A DNA stretch of 37,731 nt, from NCBI GenBank assembly GCA_018672235.1, contig JABHGE010000020.1, positions 1 to 37,731 of the forward strand, read 5' to 3'. A program made the position numbers and the translations under genes. Each line of letters opens with the position of its first letter. The stretch's first letter is position 1. Below the pieces are notes generated by a model, which ran no database searches, was not told where the DNA came from, and worked only from the letters and a program-made list of their open reading frames with translations. Below are positions 29,694 to 37,731 of the stretch, in pieces. Origin of the DNA: Fidelibacterota bacterium (GTDB lineage: Bacteria; Fidelibacterota; Marinisomatia; Marinisomatales; Marinisomataceae).

Positions 29694-29732
29694 ATCTTAA
29701 TTTACCAATACCCAAACTATAGATTTCAAACT

Positions 29733-30296
29733 TTATTTATCTGAATCTTTTGCTGGAGCTTCTTCAACTGGAGCTTCTTCTGCTACCGGCTCTTCTGCTG
29801 GAGCTTCTTCAACTGGAGCTTCTTCTGCTACCGGCTCTTCTGCTGGAGCTTCTTCAACTGGAGCTTCTTCTGCTACCGGCTCTTCTGCTGGAGCTTTTTC
29901 TGCAGCTTTTGCTTCTTTGATTTTTTCTTTTTTATTAAGCTTTGCTTTTTTTCTGTTTACTAAAACTTCAAGTCTTTCTACTTTCCATTTTGCAACAGCT
30001 TTTTCTATATCTTCAGATGAAAGCCCTTGAGCCATCAAATGCCATCTATATGCTAAGCCTGATCTTTTCATTAGCTTGTTAACAGGGTCTGAAACTTGGG
30101 CACCTAATTGTAGCCATGCAATAATTCTGTCTTCTTGAAGAACAAAGTTAGTATCTTTCTCTGATTTTAGAGGATCATACCAACCAACTTGCTCGATAGC
30201 TAATCCATCTCTTCTTTTTCTTGAATCAATAATTATTACTCTATAGAAGGGTCTATTCCTTCTACCAATTCTTTTTAATCTAATTTTAGTTGCCAT
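29733..30296 (-). CDS. rpsP: 30S ribosomal protein S16 with long acidic Ala/Pro/Glu-rich C-terminal extension
   Basis: KIRLKRIGRRNRPFYRV, DSRKRRDG, GWYDP, W...GAQVSD.V. Confidence 0.97.
   Translation of the reverse strand: MATKIRLKRIGRRNRPFYRVIIIDSRKRRDGLAIEQVGWYDPLKSEKDTNFVLQEDRIIAWLQLGAQVSDPVNKLMKRSGLAYRWHLMAQGLSSEDIEKAVAKWKVERLEVLVNRKKAKLNKKEKIKEAKAAEKAPAEEPVAEEAPVEEAPAEEPVAEEAPVEEAPAEEPVAEEAPVEEAPAKDSDK
29751..29896. repeat. perfect 45-bp tandem repeat, about 3.2 copies, encoding APAEEPVAEEAPVEE in the S16 tail
   Basis: TGCTGGAGCTTCTTCAACTGGAGCTTCTTCTGCTACCGGCTCTTC at 29751, 29796 and 29841, plus a partial copy at 29886. Confidence 0.95.
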
Positions 30297-30332
30297 ATTT
30301 TTTTATTTCTCTTTTTTTTTGTTATCAATGAA

Positions 30333-30369
30333 GCAGGCGTAATTTGTGAAAAAGGATTGAATACTACAA
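30333..30369 (-). promoter_or_regulatory. putative promoter of rpsP
   Basis: Minus strand TTGTAG-17 nt-CAAATT followed by GC-rich ACGCCTGC (discriminator-like). Weak match. Confidence 0.35.
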
Positions 30370-30374
30370 ATAAT

Positions 30375-32504
30375 TTATTTTTCAGTAAAATTAATTGAAA
30401 TGACCTTTGAAATACCTTTCTTTTCTGCAGTCACACCGTATATACAATCTGCTGATTCCATAGTTAATTTATTATGTGTTACCATTATAAACTGAGTACT
30501 CTTACTATATTCAGATATTACATCTGTAAATTTTTTAATATTAATATCATCAAGAGGGGCGTCAATTTCGTCTAATACACAGAAAGGACTTGGCTTATAT
30601 TGATAAATAGAAAAAAGTAATGCAATTGCAGTTAAGGACTTTTCACCGGCAGATAACATTCTAAGCGAGCTATTCTTTTTGCCTGGCGGCTGAGCAAATA
30701 TCACTACATCAGAGTTTAATGGATCTTCTATATCTTCAAGATTGATAGAACCTTTACCTCCAACAAAAAAGACTTCGAACATTTTTTCAAAATTATTTTT
30801 TATTTTTTCAAAAGTATCTAAGAATTGTTTCTTTGCAACTGAATCAATTTTTTTGATAGCATCTTTCAAGTTTTTTTCAGCTTCAAGCAGATCAAATCTT
30901 TGATCTTTCAAGACTTTAAGTCTTTTACTTTGTTCTTCATATTCGTCAGATACTGCCCAATTAATTGGACCTATTGCCTCAATACTTCTTTTTATTTTTT
31001 CTACATTATAGGTCATTGTAGAAACGCTATAATCCTTTATCTTTTTCAATTCAAAATCATTTCCAAATTTTTCTTTGATGATTTCTTTGATTTGAGATAT
31101 TTTGATATTTGATTCTGCTATCTTCATTTCTGCATTTTTGATATCATAGAAAACATCATCTTTATTAAATCTATCTGCATCTATTTTTACTCTAATTGAC
31201 TCCATTCTCATAAATGCCTGATTTACATCTTGTTCTTTATTGCGAAGCTCTATCTTATTTAAATTAATTTTTTTCTGCATTTCTTTGATTGCATCATCTA
31301 TTTTATTGAAATCAAATTCTTTTTCTTTGTTATATAATTGAATTTTATCTTTATAATCTTCAATGCTTGATTTCAATTTCTCATACTTTTGATCAGTCTC
31401 AATGACTGTATATTTTTTATCACTTTCTACCTTACCACAATGATCGCATTCTGAAATAATGGTAACAGGTTTACCGCAATCATTGCAATCTGAAACTATT
31501 TTAATATAGTCTTTATCAAATTGATTGAGCTGACTGATCTTATTTTGTAATTCTCCTTCAAGAACTTGCATTCCCTTAGAAGATTCGCGATTTTTAGTTT
31601 GAACTTCTTTTAATAAATCTTCAGTAAGAGTGTCAACGGCAGTTTTCATTTTTTCTAAAATTTCTTTTTCTGCTAAATAGAAATTTCTAGCATCTATAAG
31701 CTCTACGCTTTCTGACTCTTTTTTAGAGCTATTTTTCTTTAATAGGGTGTTTTTCTTTTTAAGCAAACCTTCAAGAGGTTTAATTCCTTTCTCTAGTTCA
31801 ATAATTTTGGCTGAAGCTAAATTGATTTCTTCCTCTTTCAATTGTAAGCTTAATTTTTCATGTCTCTTAAATCTTTTCAGCTGCAATTCAAGATTCTTTA
31901 CTTGCATTTCAATCTCAAGAATGATGTCGTCAATTCTTTCTAGGTCTCTATTGTTTAGTTCAAATTTTCTTAAAGCGGAACGTCTTTGTGATTTATATTT
32001 ATTTACACCAGCTGCCTCTTCAAACATAGAACGTCTACTATCGTCTTTATCAGATAGAATCTGTTCAATCATATTAAGCTCAATAACAGAGTAAGCATCC
32101 GAGCTCATACCTGTATCAACAAATAAATTATAAATATCTTTTAGTCTACAAGCAGTTTTATTGATAAAATATTCACTATCACCATTACGATATAACCTGC
32201 GACCAATTTCAACTTCACTATATTCGATAGGCAGTAAACCTTTATCGTTTTGTACGGTCAAATAAACCTCACATAGACCTAAGGGTTTAATATTTGAAGC
32301 TCCATTAAATATTACATCTTCCATCTTAGAACTTCTCAGTCTAGAGGTCTTTTGCTCTCCTAATACCCACCTAATTGCATCTACAATATTAGTTTTACCA
32401 CAACCGTTAGGGCCAACTATACCCGTTACACCGCTATCTAGTAGTATTGTTTGCTTCTTTGCAAAGGATTTAAATCCAAATAATTCTAATTTTGAAATAT
32501 GCAT
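30375..32504 (-). CDS. smc: atypical short Smc (709 aa): condensin-type ABC heads, shortened arms, no hinge, central double CxxC
   Basis: GFKSFA, GPNGCGKTNIVDAIRWVLGEQ, R..FEEAAGV, GPIN, QPPGKK, LSAGEKSLTAIALLF, PSPFCVLDEIDAPLDD, QFIMVTHNK. CNDC and CDHC at aa 340-356. Confidence 0.9.
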   Translation of the reverse strand: MHISKLELFGFKSFAKKQTILLDSGVTGIVGPNGCGKTNIVDAIRWVLGEQKTSRLRSSKMEDVIFNGASNIKPLGLCEVYLTVQNDKGLLPIEYSEVEIGRRLYRNGDSEYFINKTACRLKDIYNLFVDTGMSSDAYSVIELNMIEQILSDKDDSRRSMFEEAAGVNKYKSQRRSALRKFELNNRDLERIDDIILEIEMQVKNLELQLKRFKRHEKLSLQLKEEEINLASAKIIELEKGIKPLEGLLKKKNTLLKKNSSKKESESVELIDARNFYLAEKEILEKMKTAVDTLTEDLLKEVQTKNRESSKGMQVLEGELQNKISQLNQFDKDYIKIVSDCNDCGKPVTIISECDHCGKVESDKKYTVIETDQKYEKLKSSIEDYKDKIQLYNKEKEFDFNKIDDAIKEMQKKINLNKIELRNKEQDVNQAFMRMESIRVKIDADRFNKDDVFYDIKNAEMKIAESNIKISQIKEIIKEKFGNDFELKKIKDYSVSTMTYNVEKIKRSIEAIGPINWAVSDEYEEQSKRLKVLKDQRFDLLEAEKNLKDAIKKIDSVAKKQFLDTFEKIKNNFEKMFEVFFVGGKGSINLEDIEDPLNSDVVIFAQPPGKKNSSLRMLSAGEKSLTAIALLFSIYQYKPSPFCVLDEIDAPLDDINIKKFTDVISEYSKSTQFIMVTHNKLTMESADCIYGVTAEKKGISKVISINFTEK

Positions 32505-32508
32505 GAGT

Positions 32509-32853
32509 CTATCCTGGCGGCCAATTCATTTTTCTTCCTCCAACCAAGTGAAGGTGAATATGATAAACGGTCTGACCTCCATCATCATTACAATTAAATA
32601 TCGTTCTATAACCAGATTGATCAATCTTGAGTTCTTTAGCAAGCTTGTTTGCTACTAATACCATTCTACCTACAATATCAGCATCTGATGGTTTTAAATC
32701 ATTCAGTGTCTCAATACATTTTTTAGGTATAATCAAAGCATGTACCGGCGCAACAGGATTAATGTCTTCAATTGCAATAATACTTTCATCTTCATAAAGA
32801 ATATTGGCAGGAATCTCTTTGTCTATAATTTTTTCAAAAATTGTTTTATTCAT
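32509..32853 (-). CDS. hinT: histidine triad nucleotide-binding protein (HinT)
   Basis: TIFEKII, DINPVAPVHALIIPK, GGQTVYHIHLHLVGGR, WPPG. Confidence 0.93.
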   Translation of the reverse strand: MNKTIFEKIIDKEIPANILYEDESIIAIEDINPVAPVHALIIPKKCIETLNDLKPSDADIVGRMVLVANKLAKELKIDQSGYRTIFNCNDDGGQTVYHIHLHLVGGRKMNWPPG

Positions 32854-33574
32854 ATTGTGCCATCAGCTCATTTAAAATCGATAAAATTGATACTATAGCA
32901 GTCTCTGCTCTTAATACTGCCTTAGCAATACTAACTTTAAGGAATTTATTGTCATAAATAAACTCTTTTTCTTTTGAAGAAAATCCGCCTTCAGGTCCAA
33001 TTAAAATTAAAATTTTCTTATTACTATTAACAGCATCGAACACTGTTTCTTTAAAAAGGGTTAAAGTTTCTTTTGATTCAATCAAGGCGACAATATTCAA
33101 TGCTTCTGGATCGTACCAATCTTCTAATCGAGCTACAGGGTTAATATTTGGCAATATGCTCCTCATAGATTGTTTTGTTGCTGAACGCATAGTAGAGGTC
33201 ATCTTATCTAATGAGATATTTGATTTTATTGATCTATCTAAATATAATGGAGTTAATTCTTTAACTCCTGATTCTATAGATTTTTCTACTGCAATTTTCA
33301 TTCTTGAATTTTTGATAATTGGCAATCCGATATGGATATGATAGTTTAATTCATTTTGATTGATATGAGATTCTAATATCGAACCTTCTACTATCTTTTT
33401 ACTTGTAAAAGTATCGACCTTACAATAATAAGTTCCACCCTCACCATCTGTCAGCCATATATTAGAATTTATTTTAAGACGTAATACGTTGATTAAATGA
33501 TGGGATTCATTTCTATCCAAAAAGAAGCTATTATTTTGAATATTTTTTTTATCTACAAAAGAAAATTTACTCAC
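32846..33574 (-). CDS. rsmE: 16S rRNA m3U1498 methyltransferase
   Basis: HHLINVLR, EKSIESGV, LIGPEGGFS, VLRAETA. Confidence 0.94.
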   Translation of the reverse strand: MSKFSFVDKKNIQNNSFFLDRNESHHLINVLRLKINSNIWLTDGEGGTYYCKVDTFTSKKIVEGSILESHINQNELNYHIHIGLPIIKNSRMKIAVEKSIESGVKELTPLYLDRSIKSNISLDKMTSTMRSATKQSMRSILPNINPVARLEDWYDPEALNIVALIESKETLTLFKETVFDAVNSNKKILILIGPEGGFSSKEKEFIYDNKFLKVSIAKAVLRAETAIVSILSILNELMAQYE

Positions 33575-34187
33575 GATTTATCTTATATTTTAAGTATAAA
33601 AAAGCTCCACCATAATCTCTTTTATCATGAATAGGTTCTTCTACTTTTAAATAATCGTATCCTAATCCAAATGCGATAGTGCCCGAAGTACCAGTATTAA
33701 AATTAATTCCAATACCTATAGATCCTCCTGGATTAATTTGAGTTTCTGCATTTGACCATCTTTTTGAAAAGCTTCTTATATTTTCATCGCCATCAATTGA
33801 TAACATTGGTCCTAGAGCAAATAGTACATATGGTTCAAAGTTATTTGCAATTTTACCTTGAAACGGATAATAGTTAAATCTAAGATAAAGAGGTAGCATC
33901 GTAATACTTTTTTCTCCTATAATCTTATATTGATTAATAAATGGATCATACACTGGATACTCATCACTTCTGATATCATAAAATCTTAAATCAGCACCAA
34001 TAGATAGATTTTCTTTAAGAAATTTATCCGATTCATATCCAAATCCATATCCATTACTTGTAAAAATAAAATTGAGATTATGAGAGTTTTGTTGGCTATA
34101 CAATGATGAAGAAATTATTGCTATAATAATTAATTTTATTCCAGTTTTAACTAAAAATATCGATAGTATATGCTTATATCTATTCAT
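33567..34187 (-). CDS. hypothetical outer-membrane beta-barrel-like protein (start placed at ATG 34187)
   Basis: Signal-like segment ending SLYS-Q, alternating Gly/aromatic beta-strands (GSIGIGINF, AFGLGYDY, FLYLKY). Confidence 0.55.
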   Translation of the reverse strand: MNRYKHILSIFLVKTGIKLIIIAIISSSLYSQQNSHNLNFIFTSNGYGFGYESDKFLKENLSIGADLRFYDIRSDEYPVYDPFINQYKIIGEKSITMLPLYLRFNYYPFQGKIANNFEPYVLFALGPMLSIDGDENIRSFSKRWSNAETQINPGGSIGIGINFNTGTSGTIAFGLGYDYLKVEEPIHDKRDYGGAFLYLKYKINRE

Positions 34188-34323
34188 GGTCTTCAAATTC
34201 CGCATCTTTAACTTTTTTATAATCTATTTTTGTATCTTTTTTCACAATAGAAGTCTTTTCTTCTTTATTGAAGAATCTATATACCATAAAAAGTACACCA
34301 GCTGCTATTATCCATTTTAACAT
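34180..34323 (-). CDS. small single-TM protein, 47 aa; not in ORF track
   Basis: MLKWIIAAGVLFMVYRFFNKEEKTSIVKKDTKIDYKKVKDAEFEDHE. Fills the gap exactly, starting 3 nt after the kinase stop and overlapping the next ATG by 8 nt. Confidence 0.75.
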   Translation of the reverse strand: MLKWIIAAGVLFMVYRFFNKEEKTSIVKKDTKIDYKKVKDAEFEDHE

Positions 34324-34326
34324 AAT

Positions 34327-34968
34327 TTATGAGGGATTAAAATATCTTCTTCCTTTTGCAGGCTGCTGTATAACTTCTAATAAATTTTCAAAATCATCTG
34401 GGTTCTTAACAAAATCGATATTATTTGCATTAATAATAAGCAGAGGTCTTTCATCGTAATTAACAAAAAATTCTTGATATTTCTCATTCACCTGATTGAT
34501 ATATTCAGTTGTAACACCTTTTTCAAAATTTCTACCTCTTTGTTTAATATTTTTCATTAAACGTGAGGTATCTGCTTGTAAATAAACTACCATGTCTGGC
34601 TTTATAATATCTTTCTCTAAAATATCTGCAACGCTAGAATATAATTCAAATTCAGCTTGAGATCTCAGGGTAAACTCAGCAAATAATCTGTCTTTTTCAA
34701 ACATATAATCTGTAATTACTCCTTTTTGAAATGCGTCTAATTGTCTAATCTTTTTTTGCTGTTGTTGATACCTTTGTAATAAAAACCATATTTGAGTTTG
34801 AAGAGCATTGCTGTCTGGATCTTCATAAAAATCTTCTAAAAATGGATTGCCTTTAAAATCTTCAAATACCTTCCTAGCATTTAACTTGTCAGCAATCATT
34901 TTTGCTAAACTTGTTTTTCCTACCCCTATAGGACCTTCTATTGCAATATATAACTCTAGTTGGCTCAT
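34327..34968 (-). CDS. deoxynucleoside kinase (dCK/dGK family)
   Basis: IAIEGPIGVGKTS, NPFLEDFY, FLLQR, PDMVVYL, RGRNFE. Follows folK. Confidence 0.92.
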   Translation of the reverse strand: MSQLELYIAIEGPIGVGKTSLAKMIADKLNARKVFEDFKGNPFLEDFYEDPDSNALQTQIWFLLQRYQQQQKKIRQLDAFQKGVITDYMFEKDRLFAEFTLRSQAEFELYSSVADILEKDIIKPDMVVYLQADTSRLMKNIKQRGRNFEKGVTTEYINQVNEKYQEFFVNYDERPLLIINANNIDFVKNPDDFENLLEVIQQPAKGRRYFNPS

Positions 34969-35474
34969 GCTTTCTTATCGATTAAATATTTATCTACTGT
35001 TGAAGTATCAGGACATTTTTCTAATAAATCAATCATCTTATGTTTTGTACCTAGAAAAATTTTCTCAGGAACAAGCTCCGCTAATGGAACTAATACGAAT
35101 TTACGCAATAAAGCATGAGAATGTGGAATAGTAAGTTCAGCTGTCTGAATAAAAGCATCTCCAAAAAGAACTATATCTATATCAATTGTTCTTGGAGAAT
35201 TTTTTTCTCTATCAATCCTACGTCCTAACATTTTTTCTATATCATGAATTTTATCTAGAAATTGAAATGGCGTAAATAATGTATTTAATTCGACAATAAT
35301 ATTTATAAAAGCAGGTTGATTTGTATTATATAGCGGCTCTGATAAATAAAAAGAGGAGGTTCTTATATCTGTATTTTCTATATAGGCGCCAAGCATAGCA
35401 ATGGATGAAGCAATATTAGATTCTTTATCTCCCAAATTTGACCCTAAAGATAAATAAACAATATTAGACATCAT
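34965..35474 (-). CDS. folK: 2-amino-4-hydroxy-6-hydroxymethyldihydropteridine diphosphokinase
   Basis: YLSLGSNLGD, QPAFIN, PRTIDIDI, LTIPH, RKFVLVPL. Confidence 0.96.
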   Translation of the reverse strand: MMSNIVYLSLGSNLGDKESNIASSIAMLGAYIENTDIRTSSFYLSEPLYNTNQPAFINIIVELNTLFTPFQFLDKIHDIEKMLGRRIDREKNSPRTIDIDIVLFGDAFIQTAELTIPHSHALLRKFVLVPLAELVPEKIFLGTKHKMIDLLEKCPDTSTVDKYLIDKKA

Positions 35475-35826
35475 TTTCCTTTGTCATTTCGACTTCGATG
35501 AAGCTAAGTGGCGTATCTATTGGTAGTTTAAATTTTCTTATCCTTACGGTTGTTTTTAAAGGCTTGTAAAGCTCAACAATCTCATTAATAAGATTGTTAC
35601 ATAACGTCTCTATCAGGTTAAAGCTATTTGATGAATTAATACGCTTAACAGTATCGATAACATCAACATAGTTAACAGTTTGATCAATGTTATCACTATC
35701 ATTATTTATTTGATTGTGAAAAAATAGCTCTATATCAAAACCAAGATCTACGCCATCTTTCTTTTCATAGTCATATAGGCCGTGAAATCCAACTAGTCTG
35801 ATATCTTTTATTATAATTTTTTCCAT
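35464..35826 (-). CDS. folB: dihydroneopterin aldolase (start placed at ATG 35826)
   Basis: GFHGLYDYEK, SDNIDQTVNY, FNLIETL, VRIRK. The TTG at 35844 falls inside the terminator. Confidence 0.92.
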   Translation of the reverse strand: MEKIIIKDIRLVGFHGLYDYEKKDGVDLGFDIELFFHNQINNDSDNIDQTVNYVDVIDTVKRINSSNSFNLIETLCNNLINEIVELYKPLKTTVRIRKFKLPIDTPLSFIEVEMTKENDV

Positions 35827-35842
35827 AGACAATATTACAAAC

Positions 35843-35870
35843 AAAAAACCCTCAAAGATGAGGGTTTTTT
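35843..35870 (-). terminator. intrinsic terminator after groEL (symmetrical A/T tracts)
   Basis: AAAAAACCCTCA-AAGA-TGAGGGTTTTTT, a perfect inverted repeat with a T6 tract on either strand. Confidence 0.88.
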
Positions 35871-35896
35871 ATGTATTTATTTTGCGATAAACAACA

Positions 35897-37731
<1,835 letters not shown>

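Noticed and set aside
29751..29896. Repeat array as CRISPR
   Set aside because: The repeats are head-to-tail with no spacers, are in frame within rpsP, and no cas genes are present.
30375..32504. Calling the CxxC protein SbcC/Rad50 or RecN, or a broken smc
   Set aside because: The head motifs (DAIRWVLGEQ, FEEAAG, PSPFCVLDEIDAPLD) are Smc-specific. There is no adjacent sbcD/mre11, and no frameshift or internal stop.

Overview
AT-rich (roughly 30% GC by eye), very densely packed housekeeping region. Every credible gene lies on the minus strand. In transcription order: groES (partial)-groEL, folB-folK-deoxynucleoside kinase-small membrane protein-OM beta-barrel-rsmE-hinT-smc, rpsP-trmD-rplS-MFS-yicC-gmk-rpoZ-ung, dnaB-rel-ruvX-lnt-truA-htrA-DUF4321-tatA-gatA-batABCDE-SPOR-yebC-ruvC-ruvA-gcvT-ftsK-lolA-like-gmhB-ddl-cysS, then tRNA-Thr/Tyr/Gly/Thr-tuf-rpmG-tRNA-Trp-(secE start). 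Gene content and order suggest a streamlined FCB-superphylum bacterium, probably Marinimicrobia/SAR406 (inference). I found no mobile element, prophage or CRISPR array. The novelty lies inside core genes. (1) A 709-aa Smc has intact condensin-type heads but no hinge, with a CxxCGK-x7-CxxCGK zinc-hook/ribbon at its midpoint. (2) A GroES missed by the ORF track has its roof hairpin replaced by a metallothionein-like segment with at least 9 Cys. (3) Several core proteins appear in metal-free form: Cys-less L33, GmhB without its Zn site, and a family-1 Ung that may carry the N-terminus of a family-4 UDG. (4) A full-length ddl has no ATG/GTG/TTG start. (5) A perfect DnaA box lies in the dnaB leader.
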